A program made the position numbers and the translations under genes. A stretch of DNA of 64,000 bases, taken from positions 1 through 64,000 of the forward strand of contig JANNXA010000033.1 of assembly GCA_031409275.1 (NCBI GenBank), written 5' to 3'. The DNA comes from Planctomycetota bacterium (lineage in GTDB: Bacteria > Planctomycetota > B15-G4 > SIAN01). The notes under the pieces were generated by a model. That model made no database searches. It was not told where the DNA came from and was given only the letters and a program-made list of their open reading frames with translations. Positions within the stretch are counted from its first letter, which is position 1; each line of letters begins with the position of its first letter. Shown here in pieces: positions 9,338 to 17,821 of this stretch.

Positions 9338-10624
9338 TCAGGCGCTCTGGGGCTCCATCAGCGTGACGCCGACGCGGTCGTGCGGGCTGTGGCCGGCGAT
9401 CGCGTTCAAGAAGCAAAGCGTCAGCCCGTCGGCGTCGAGGGTCGTCGACATCGCCGGGACGGCGTCGAACTGGGTGCGCAGATGCGCTCCAAGCCGTTCG
9501 ATCACCGACTCCGCCAACCGCGGCGTCGCGAGACGCAGCTCGACCTCATGGCCGCGCGTGGCGGTCGACAACGTGATCTGCGGAACGGTTCGGTGTGGCA
9601 GGTACTGAGCCAGCGCCGCCAGCGCCTTCGAGACGATCGCGATCGCCTCCGACGGTTCGACCGCGATGCCGAGCTCGTCCGGGATCGCCTCGACCTTCAC
9701 GCCGCCGACCATGCGAGTTTCGTGCAGCGCATTCTGCAACGCGTAGTCGACGACGAGTCGCAGCGAGGTCACCCCGCTGCCCTGCGGGACGATGGCCCGC
9801 TCGAGTGCGCGCAACGCCTTCCCCGCTCGGTCGAGCTCGCGAGTGTTCTCGAGCAGCAGCGCCCGCGCATCTTCCAGCGCGAGTGGAACTTCGACGAGGG
9901 CCGCGGCGTTCCGCGACAGATGGTCGAGGGTGATCTCGCCGCGTGCTGCCGCGGCGAGCAGCGATTGCCCGCCGGCCACGTCGGCCAGCGCGGTCTCGAC
10001 CAGTGCGCTCGCCATCGAAACGCGGCAGAGGATGTTGCGGACCTCGGCGAAGGCCGGTCGCGCTGCGTCGCCCGTTAGTTCACGCGCCTGGCGAGCGTTG
10101 CCGGCGGCGGCGTGCAAGAGCGCGTCGATCTGGCGGGCGTAGCGGAGCAGCGTTGGGACGGTCGTTGCCGTGTTCAGTCTCGGTTGCACGTCGATCACGC
10201 ACAGCGTTCCAACGACCTGACCATCGACGTGGATCGGGACGCCGGAGTAGGCACGAATGCCGTAGAGGTTGACCAGTTCCTTGCGCACCAGATCGCAGTG
10301 CAGCGCGTCTTCGACCTCGAAGGGAGCGCCTCGGGTCACGACGTGCTGGCAGAAGGAGACGCAGCGACCCGTGGAGCGCGAAACCTCGAGATCGGGCGGC
10401 GCGCCGTACAGCGCGACAAAGCGCTGCGAGCGGCGCAACACGATGCTGACCGCGGCGATCGGGAAGCCGGTGGCGAGCGCGGCCTCGGCGGCCAGCGCAT
10501 CGAGCTGCGGATGGAGCGACTCGTAGCGAAACACGGAGCCGGCGGCGATCAGGCGATCGTCGGCGTCGAGGACACGTTTGCGAGCGGCTTCGTCGACGGG
10601 CATCGAATCGATCGGTTCGGCCAT
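9338..10624 (-). CDS. GAF domain protein with degenerate histidine-kinase-like C-terminus
   Basis: GAF motifs SFCQHVV, IRAYSGVPI, GTLCVID; H-box-like FAEVRNIL lacking His; start revised to MAEPID. Confidence 0.8.
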   Translation of the reverse strand: MAEPIDSMPVDEAARKRVLDADDRLIAAGSVFRYESLHPQLDALAAEAALATGFPIAAVSIVLRRSQRFVALYGAPPDLEVSRSTGRCVSFCQHVVTRGAPFEVEDALHCDLVRKELVNLYGIRAYSGVPIHVDGQVVGTLCVIDVQPRLNTATTVPTLLRYARQIDALLHAAAGNARQARELTGDAARPAFAEVRNILCRVSMASALVETALADVAGGQSLLAAAARGEITLDHLSRNAAALVEVPLALEDARALLLENTRELDRAGKALRALERAIVPQGSGVTSLRLVVDYALQNALHETRMVGGVKVEAIPDELGIAVEPSEAIAIVSKALAALAQYLPHRTVPQITLSTATRGHEVELRLATPRLAESVIERLGAHLRTQFDAVPAMSTTLDADGLTLCFLNAIAGHSPHDRVGVTLMEPQSA

Positions 10625-10731
10625 GCGAGGCTCCAGGGGGATGCCTCTCGATCGACCGTCCCGATGGTCGCGCTCGCGGCGAAAACCACGTTCCACGCAC
10701 TTTGGACTACGGGCAATCCCGAATGCGCCTG

Positions 10732-11880
10732 CTACAGCCGCTTGAAGAAGTCCTCGGAGTCGTCGATCTCGGAAAGGAATTTCTTGAACTGGTCCTTGGT
10801 CGCCTCGTCGATCTTCGCGGCATCGCCGCGCGCCGGACCGAGCACCCGATCCACCACGGCGTTGGGGACATAGACCTCGCCGGAGAGCTCCTTGTCGAAC
10901 AGGACCTCTTCCAGCGCGACGAGGCCGTGGCGCACCAGCGGCGACTTGGGACCGAAGAGCTTGCGGCGCCGCACCAGGTCCTCCTCGCCGCGCGACACCA
11001 GCTTGAGCAGATCGGTGGCGTCGATGCACGGCGTGCCTTGGGTCAGCTCCTGGAAGATCAGCGTCACCAGGATGATCAGGTGCTCCGCCTCGAGGCGCAG
11101 TTCGTCGCGCATCTGGATCAGCGGAAAGCGCGCGGCGGCCGGCGTCAGGGCGAGGCGCGCTTCGATGGTGGCGGCCAGGCGCGGGATCTGCCGTTGCAGA
11201 TGGATCAACGAGTCGGGCAGCGCGGCGCTGTCGAGCTCGTCGGTGTAGTCGAACTGGAAGATCTTGGCCGCGCGCTTCTGGTAGAGGCGCGCCAGGCGGC
11301 GCAGGTCAGTCAGATGTTCGAGGTGGCCTTTGTAGGGGCGCTTCGAGGGATCGGGCAGCGCGGTGGCGCCCTCCCGATCGCTGCGCGGCCGCAATGCCCG
11401 CAGCAGGATGCGGAAGGCGCGGTCCGAGAGGCGATAGCGCAGGTCGAGCAGCTCCTGGTCGCCGCTCGCGCCGGCGAGTTCCGGCACCACCACTCCGGCC
11501 GCGAGGAGGCGCGACTCCGCGGTCAGCAGCCGCACCCCTTCGAGGAGCCCGAACGACGTGTCGGAGAGGATGGCCAGGAGTTCACGACCCTTCACCGCCG
11601 GGTCGTCGTTGGTGAGCCGCCGCTTCAGCAGCTCGAGCATCAACAGCACGTGGTCCTTCCCCAACCGATAGCGGCGCAGCAGCAGCTGCAGCGGACCGCT
11701 GCCGCCGAGCTCGCGCAGCAGTGCCGCCAGCTGCACCATCCGCTCCCGCGCGCGGCGCGTGAGTTGGGCGTGCTGGTCGGGTTCGAGGGCAAGCTCGCGC
11801 TGGCTGCGGCGGACGTTGCCGAGCTCGTCGGCGAGGTCGAGCAGTCGCTTCAGCAGCACGCGATCGTGGCGCGGGTTCAT
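10732..11880 (-). CDS. Hypothetical protein with internally duplicated helical/winged-helix-like module
   Basis: Strong host codon usage; two similar halves ending ESRLLAAGVV and KSPLVRHGLV. Confidence 0.75.
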   Translation of the reverse strand: MNPRHDRVLLKRLLDLADELGNVRRSQRELALEPDQHAQLTRRARERMVQLAALLRELGGSGPLQLLLRRYRLGKDHVLLMLELLKRRLTNDDPAVKGRELLAILSDTSFGLLEGVRLLTAESRLLAAGVVVPELAGASGDQELLDLRYRLSDRAFRILLRALRPRSDREGATALPDPSKRPYKGHLEHLTDLRRLARLYQKRAAKIFQFDYTDELDSAALPDSLIHLQRQIPRLAATIEARLALTPAAARFPLIQMRDELRLEAEHLIILVTLIFQELTQGTPCIDATDLLKLVSRGEEDLVRRRKLFGPKSPLVRHGLVALEEVLFDKELSGEVYVPNAVVDRVLGPARGDAAKIDEATKDQFKKFLSEIDDSEDFFKRL

Positions 11881-11957
11881 GCGGGGGACAGCGTAACCGG
11901 GCTACCCTTCTGCAGCGCGTCGGCACCTTGGCGGGCGCTTTCGCAGGAGCGAGCAGG

Positions 11958-12869
11958 ATGGGGATGGTGGTCGCGGGCGCCGATTTCGGCTCCAACAAGA
12001 CCGGCTACATCGTGGCAGAGGCCAAAGGCGGGGAGCTGGTGCAACTCGAGCGCGAGAGCCGCTTCACGCGCCTCGCCCAGGGCATCGCCACCAGCGGCCG
12101 CATCCACGGCGAGGCGATGTTGCGCACGCTGTTGTGGTGCGAAGAGATGCGCAAGCGCTTCAAGAAGCTCGGCGTCGTCCGTTTCCGCGGCGTCGGCACC
12201 GAAGCGCTGCGCCGCGCCAGCAACCAGGTGCAGGTGCTGGGAATGATCGAGGACGTCCTGGGCTGGCCGGTCGAAGTGGTCAGCGGCGAGGAGGAGGGGC
12301 GCATCACCTTCCGCGGCGTGCGCCAGCGCTACTCGAAGGGACCGTTGGCCGTCATCGACATCGGCGGCGGCTCGACCGAGGTGGTCATCGGCGAGGAGCC
12401 GCCGAAGAAGGGCGAGGAGCCGCTCGAGGTGAAGAGCCTGCGGGTGGGCGCCGTGATCCTCACCGAGCGCTGCGGTGAAGACTGGGACGAGCTGGTGAAG
12501 GCGACGCGCACCGAACTGCGCGGCTACGTGCCAGCGGGCGATCCACCCGGAATGCTGACGGTGCTCGGCGGCACCGGAGCGAACCTGTCGATGATGGACC
12601 TCGACGAGCACGATCTCGACGAGGAGCACGTCGAAGGCCATGTCGTCGAGCGCAAGCGGCTGGAGGAGCTGCGCAAGAAGACTCAGGCGATGAGCCCCAA
12701 GCAGCGGATCGAGAAGCTCGGCTTGCTGCCGCAGCGCGCCGATGTGCAGATCGCCGGACTGGCGATCCTGGAGACGGTGCTCGACCATCTGGGCATCAAG
12801 GCGGTCCGAACGACCCGCTATGCGCTGCGCCACGGCGTCCTGCGTTCCATTGCGCCGAAGGAGACTTGA
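11958..12869 (+). CDS. ppx: Ppx/GppA family phosphatase (no HD domain)
   Basis: DFGSNK, TRLAQG, GTEALRRASN, SGEEEG, DIGGGSTE, RADVQIAG, LRHGVL. Confidence 0.9.
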   Translation: MGMVVAGADFGSNKTGYIVAEAKGGELVQLERESRFTRLAQGIATSGRIHGEAMLRTLLWCEEMRKRFKKLGVVRFRGVGTEALRRASNQVQVLGMIEDVLGWPVEVVSGEEEGRITFRGVRQRYSKGPLAVIDIGGGSTEVVIGEEPPKKGEEPLEVKSLRVGAVILTERCGEDWDELVKATRTELRGYVPAGDPPGMLTVLGGTGANLSMMDLDEHDLDEEHVEGHVVERKRLEELRKKTQAMSPKQRIEKLGLLPQRADVQIAGLAILETVLDHLGIKAVRTTRYALRHGVLRSIAPKET

Positions 12870-14074
12870 GCGCCTTGCTGCAACTGAACCCCACCACGCC
12901 GACCTTGCGCCCGCGCAGCCGGGTGCCGTGGCGCGGACTGTTGATGGTGGGTGGGCTGCTGCTCGTCGCGCGCGTCTTCCTCTACGAGTCGTTGCGGGTC
13001 GCCTCCGGGTCGATGGAGCCGTGCCTGCATGGCGATCCGCAGCACGGCGACACCATCGCGATCCTGCGCCACTGGTGGAAGCTGGCGCCGCCCGAGCGCT
13101 TCGACCTGGTGGTCTTCGCGCGATCGCCGGATGAGACGCGCGCCGGCGATGAGATCGTCGTCAAGCGCGTCGCCGCGCTGGGCGGCGAGTCGGTGCGCAT
13201 CGCCGACGGCGAGCTGTGGGTGCGCGAGGCGGGCGGCACCGAGCGGCGGATCGTCAAGCGCTACCACGACTTCCATTCGCTGCTGGTTCCGTTGTGGCGC
13301 GAGCCGTTCGATGGCGCCGTGCTCGAGCGGTTGCTGCCCACCTCGTCGGACCTCGTGACGTCGGCCGGTCGCGCGCTGCGGCTCGACGGTCGCGAAGCGG
13401 GCGCGTCCTGTCGCGTCCGGTTGGCGTCCGGGTTCGCGCGCTACGACGACGGCTGGCTCGCCGCGGACGGCACCCGCGTCGAGGGACGTTCGGAGGTCGC
13501 CGATCTGCTCTTCGCCGTGGAAGTGGCGCTGGAGGATGAGACCGCCGCCGTGGCGCTGCACGTGCGATTGGGCGGCACGGCATGCGCGTTCGTGGCGACG
13601 CCAGTGGGTGGCGAGTACCGGCTGACGTTCGACGCCGATGGCGAGGGACGGCTCCAGGGCAATGCGGGAACGGTCTCGAACGGGCGCACGCAGCGCTTCG
13701 AGTTCTTCCTGATCGACGGTCGCGTTGGTGCCGCGATCGATGGCGACGTCGCCTTCGAGGCCATCTTCGATCGCGGCCGTGACGTCCTGCTGGCCTCCCA
13801 TGCGATCGGCGCGCCGGAACTCGAGCTGCGCAACGGGCGCGGCCGCTTGACGGCGTTCGAGATCTGGCGCGACCTCCACTTCACGCGGCCAGCCGACGCC
13901 CACTACGGGCTGGACGAAGCCTTCGAAGTGCCCGAGGGGGCGCTCTTCGTGCTCGGTGACGCCAGCGACCAGTCGATCGACAGTCGCTACTACGGAGCGA
14001 TCACCCGCAGCCAGCTGCGCGGCCGGCCGCTGGCGACGATCGCTCCGGCGCGGAGGCGGCGCTGGCTCTGGTGA
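12866..14074 (+). CDS. lepB: Signal peptidase I with large insertion
   Basis: SGSMEP (catalytic Ser), VKRV (Lys), LGD…SIDSRYYG; N-terminal TM; TTG start overlapping the ppx stop. Confidence 0.9.
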   Translation: MSALLQLNPTTPTLRPRSRVPWRGLLMVGGLLLVARVFLYESLRVASGSMEPCLHGDPQHGDTIAILRHWWKLAPPERFDLVVFARSPDETRAGDEIVVKRVAALGGESVRIADGELWVREAGGTERRIVKRYHDFHSLLVPLWREPFDGAVLERLLPTSSDLVTSAGRALRLDGREAGASCRVRLASGFARYDDGWLAADGTRVEGRSEVADLLFAVEVALEDETAAVALHVRLGGTACAFVATPVGGEYRLTFDADGEGRLQGNAGTVSNGRTQRFEFFLIDGRVGAAIDGDVAFEAIFDRGRDVLLASHAIGAPELELRNGRGRLTAFEIWRDLHFTRPADAHYGLDEAFEVPEGALFVLGDASDQSIDSRYYGAITRSQLRGRPLATIAPARRRRWLW

Positions 14075-14174
14075 GCCGCGCCGGCGGGTCGCCGGCGGGG
14101 CCCGGTGCCCGCGGGGACGAAACCTCCGGCCGCGGCGTGGGTTCGAACCGTTCATCATGAGGTCGGCGCAGGCG

Positions 14175-14795
14175 ATGCAGGATGCGGTCGAGCAGCCCGG
14201 TTCCGACCCGGGTCAGACGTGGATGCTCGCGTTCCAGCGCGGCGATGAAGCCGCGTTCACCGCGTTGGTCGGCCACTACGGCGCCCAGGTGATCGGCTTC
14301 TTTCGCCGCGGCGGCGCCGATGGCGCGGCCGCTGAAGACCTGGCGCAGGAGGCGTTCCTGCGCGTGGCGCGGGCACGCGACCGCTACGAGCCGACGGCGA
14401 AGTTCACCACCTGGCTCCATCGCATCCTGTTCCGCATCGCGTTGAACGACGCCGCGCGCAACCGCTGGCGCCGCAGCGTCGGCTTCGCGGCGCCACGCGA
14501 GCTCGAGGAGCCGGCGGGCGCGCCCGAGCCGCTCGCCGATGCCACTGCCGCGCCGCTGCCGGTGCTCACGCGCGACGAGCTGCGCGAGCAGGTGCGCGCC
14601 GCGGTGGCGGAGCTGCCCGAGCCGCAACGCACCGCGCTGCTGCTGCATCGCTTCGAGGAGTGTTCGCAGGAAGAGGTGGCGACGACGCTCGGGCTGACGG
14701 TGCCGGCGGTGAAGTCGCTGTTGTTTCGTGCGCGCGACAACGTGAGGAAGCGGCTCGCGCCGCTGTTCGCTGACGAGGTGGACCATGGACTGTGA
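14175..14795 (+). CDS. ECF RNA polymerase sigma factor
   Basis: AEDLAQEAFLRV, KFTTWLHRI, LPEPQRTALLL, VKSLLFRAR; alternative ATG at 14157. Confidence 0.92.
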   Translation: MQDAVEQPGSDPGQTWMLAFQRGDEAAFTALVGHYGAQVIGFFRRGGADGAAAEDLAQEAFLRVARARDRYEPTAKFTTWLHRILFRIALNDAARNRWRRSVGFAAPRELEEPAGAPEPLADATAAPLPVLTRDELREQVRAAVAELPEPQRTALLLHRFEECSQEEVATTLGLTVPAVKSLLFRARDNVRKRLAPLFADEVDHGL

Positions 14796-15330
14796 TCGTT
14801 TCAGGGAAGTGCTGCCGGAACTGCTGGCCAACGAGCTCGGTGCGTCCGACCTCGCGGCCGCCGACGACCATGCGCGGCGCTGCGCCGAGTGTGGGCGCGA
14901 ACTCGCCGACCATCGCAAGGCGTGGCAACTGCTCGGCGTGCTCGACGAGGAGATCGTCGTGGCGCCGGAGCGTTTGCGGCAGATGGCAGCGCAGGCGCTC
15001 GCGCGCGCCGTGGCCGAGCCGACCCTCGAAGCGGGAGCGTCGATCGAGCCGGCCGGCGGCGCTGCGGGCGGCGCCACGGTTCGCGTGGTGACCCACTCCC
15101 GTTGGCGGCTGTGGCGGCAGGTGGCCGCGGCGGCGTTGCTGGTCGCCGGAACGGCGCTCACCACGCGGGTCTGGATCGAGCGGCGTGCGGCGCTGCCCGA
15201 CTTCCTCGACGATGCCGACTTCGTGCAGCACTTCGAGCTGATCCGCGATCTGCCCGAGCTCGACCTCGAGGGCGATCTGCTCGACGTCGATGACGAGCTG
15301 CTGCTGCTGAACGCGATGCGAGGAGCCTGA
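14785..15330 (+). CDS. Zinc-binding (zf-HC2) anti-sigma factor
   Basis: MDC…HARRCAEC (HxxxCxxC), single TM; overlaps the sigma gene. Confidence 0.85.
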   Translation: MDCDRFREVLPELLANELGASDLAAADDHARRCAECGRELADHRKAWQLLGVLDEEIVVAPERLRQMAAQALARAVAEPTLEAGASIEPAGGAAGGATVRVVTHSRWRLWRQVAAAALLVAGTALTTRVWIERRAALPDFLDDADFVQHFELIRDLPELDLEGDLLDVDDELLLLNAMRGA

Positions 15331-15331
15331 G

Positions 15332-16129
15332 ATGACTCCGCTGCTCTGCTCGCTCTGGTTGGCGCTGGTGGCGTGGTTCCCGCAGGAAGTAGCGGCGCCG
15401 CCGCCGGCAACGAGTGCCGAGGCGCGCGCCGCCGTGCGTGCCTCCTGGTCCGCGCTCGCACCGGAAGAACGCGCCGACATCGAGCGCGCATGGGGTCGCT
15501 GGAAGCGGCTCGGCAAGGAGGACCGCGCGGTGATGACGCGCCGCCACGAGCGGCTCGAGCGGGCCCGCGCGCGCGCGCGTGAGCTGCCGGCCGACGAAGC
15601 GCCGCGCGGCCTCTCGCGCCGCGAGGCCAATCGGCGCGCGTTGGCTGACTTGCGCGAGGTGTGGGACGAACTGCCGCGCGACCTCCGTCGCGGGTTCGAC
15701 GGCCCGCCGGGCGACCTGCCGCTCGAGCAGCGTCAGCGGCGCCTCAAGCTCGAGATGGTGGGCTACCTGCAGTTCGCGTTGCTGGAGCAGTTGCGTCCGC
15801 AAGTCGAGCGCGGCGAACTGCGCGAAGACGAGGTGGCCGCGCTGGCGCATCGCATCCAGGAGACGCCGAACGAGCGGACCGCTCTGCTGCGACAGTTCAT
15901 CGTCGACCACCCGCAAGCGTTCCGCGTCGCGCCCGAGGTCATCGAGAAGGTGCGCAACGCCGCCGATCCCGGCTCCGGCTTGCGCCTGCTCGACAAGGCG
16001 CGGCGCCGTCGTGGCGGTGAGCGGCCGCTGCTGCCGCCGTTTCCGCGGCCGCCGCATCCGCCGCGCGGTCCCGGAAACGGCAACCCGGACGAACCACGCG
16101 AGCCGCGTCGCGCGAACGGCTCCGCGTAG
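15332..16129 (+). CDS. Exported helical protein (DUF3106-like), third gene of the ECF operon
   Basis: Signal peptide; WSALAPEER, WKRLGKEDR, WDELPRDLR repeats. Confidence 0.65.
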   Translation: MTPLLCSLWLALVAWFPQEVAAPPPATSAEARAAVRASWSALAPEERADIERAWGRWKRLGKEDRAVMTRRHERLERARARARELPADEAPRGLSRREANRRALADLREVWDELPRDLRRGFDGPPGDLPLEQRQRRLKLEMVGYLQFALLEQLRPQVERGELREDEVAALAHRIQETPNERTALLRQFIVDHPQAFRVAPEVIEKVRNAADPGSGLRLLDKARRRRGGERPLLPPFPRPPHPPRGPGNGNPDEPREPRRANGSA

Positions 16130-16148
16130 GGTCCCCTGACGCGTTGCT

Positions 16149-16889
16149 TCAGTAGCCCATGCACTGGCCGCCATCGACGCGCAGGCAGGTGCCGGTGATG
16201 TAGCGCGCGAGCGGCGACGCGAGGAAGAGGATCGCATCGGCGACTTCAGCGGGTTCGCCGAGGCGTCCGAGCGCCGCGGCCTGGCGCGCCATCTCGGTGG
16301 TGGCGGGGGGGAGCGGCGCGGTCATCGGCGTGCGGATGTAGCCGGGCGCGACGACGTTGACGCGAATCCCGAAGGCGCCCGCCTCCGCTGCTGCGGACTT
16401 CGCCAGCGCGACGACACCCGCCTTGCTGGCCGCATAGCTCGAACTGCCGAATCCGCCGCGCAGCGCGAGGATCGACGCGATCAGGACGATCGCGCCGCCG
16501 CCCTGCGCACGCAGCAGCGGAATCGCGGCGCGCACGACGTGGAACGAGCCGTCGAGGTTGGTGGTCACCACGCGCCGCCAACGCGCGTCGTCGAGCTTCC
16601 AGACGACGTCGTCGTCGGTGACGCCGGCGCAATGGACGACGATGTCGAGCCGCCCATGTTCGGCGCGCGCCGTTTGCAGCGCCGCGGCGACCTCCGCCGG
16701 CTGGGTCACGTCGCCCGCGAGGATGCGCGCGGTGCGGGCCGAGCCGCTGCCGCGGTCGTTCGTGGCCGCGCGGTCGAATCCCGTGACGTCGGCCCCCTCT
16801 TCGAGCAGGCGAGCGACGACGGCCGCTCCGATCCCGGATGCTGCACCGGTGACGAAGGCTGCCTTGCCGTTCAGTTCGAGTCCCGCCAT
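16149..16889 (-). CDS. Classical SDR oxidoreductase (FabG-like)
   Basis: TGAASGIG, YAASK, RVNVVAPG, DGG. Confidence 0.92.
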   Translation of the reverse strand: MAGLELNGKAAFVTGAASGIGAAVVARLLEEGADVTGFDRAATNDRGSGSARTARILAGDVTQPAEVAAALQTARAEHGRLDIVVHCAGVTDDDVVWKLDDARWRRVVTTNLDGSFHVVRAAIPLLRAQGGGAIVLIASILALRGGFGSSSYAASKAGVVALAKSAAAEAGAFGIRVNVVAPGYIRTPMTAPLPPATTEMARQAAALGRLGEPAEVADAILFLASPLARYITGTCLRVDGGQCMGY

Positions 16890-16914
16890 CGATCGCCTCT
16901 CCCGCCGTACTCGT

Positions 16915-17778
16915 TCAGCCGACCAGCATCGCACGATGTTCGGCGAGGAAGGCGGCGACGCTGGTCGGCTCCTTGCCGCCGATCGTCCGCACGTGGTCGT
17001 TCAGCTGCGCGGCGCCGCCGTTGCGCGCCGCCGCCGCCAGCTCGGCGATCGCGGTGGCGAGCCACTCGGGCAGCCCCGCGCGCACCATGCCGGCGGTGTA
17101 CTCCGCGTCGGTCAGGTTCACGTAGCGCACCGGCTTGCCGACCACCTGCGTGAACAGGTCCGCGATCTCCGCGAAGGTCAGCGCTTGCGGGCCGCGCAGC
17201 TCGTAGACCTTGCCGGTGTGCGCTGCGATGGGGGAGGTCAGGATCGCCGCCGCCACCGCGGCGATGTCTCGCACGTCGATGTGGGCCGCGCGCGCCTCGC
17301 CGAGGTTGTTTCGGAAGAGGCCCTCCTTCTTGATCGAGCCGGCCGCCCACAGCAGGTTCTGCTGGAAGAACGTCGGCCGCAGCGTGCAGCACCCCAGACC
17401 GCTCTTCGCGATCGCCTCCTCGGCATGGCCGTGCATGCGGCCGAGCGCATAGGGGCTCTTCGCGTCGGCGCCGTTCGCCGAGAACTTCACGATCTGGCGG
17501 ACGCCCGCCTGCGCCGCCGCCGCCGCGAAGGCGCCCTCCTGCTCGGCGATCTGCTGGCTCACCGCGGAGAGGAGGAAGGCGCGCTCGCAGCCTCGCAACG
17601 CCGCCGCGTAACTCTCCGGTTTCGCGAGGTCGCCGCTCACCACCTCGACGCCCGGGCCGCGCAGCGCTTCGAGCTTCTTCGCGTCGCGCGTCAGCAGCCG
17701 CAGCGCCACGCCGCGCGCCCGCAGCCGCTCCACGAGTGGCCGCCCGTTCGTTCCCGTCGCACCCGTCACGAAGATCAT
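16915..17778 (-). CDS. NmrA/atypical SDR NAD(P)-binding oxidoreductase
   Basis: MIFVTGATGTNG, LRPTFFQQN, IDVRDIA, YELRGP. Confidence 0.9.
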   Translation of the reverse strand: MIFVTGATGTNGRPLVERLRARGVALRLLTRDAKKLEALRGPGVEVVSGDLAKPESYAAALRGCERAFLLSAVSQQIAEQEGAFAAAAAQAGVRQIVKFSANGADAKSPYALGRMHGHAEEAIAKSGLGCCTLRPTFFQQNLLWAAGSIKKEGLFRNNLGEARAAHIDVRDIAAVAAAILTSPIAAHTGKVYELRGPQALTFAEIADLFTQVVGKPVRYVNLTDAEYTAGMVRAGLPEWLATAIAELAAAARNGGAAQLNDHVRTIGGKEPTSVAAFLAEHRAMLVG

Positions 17779-17821
17779 CGTCGCCTCCGACGCGAGCGGC
17801 TCTCCGACTCGCGCCGCGACT

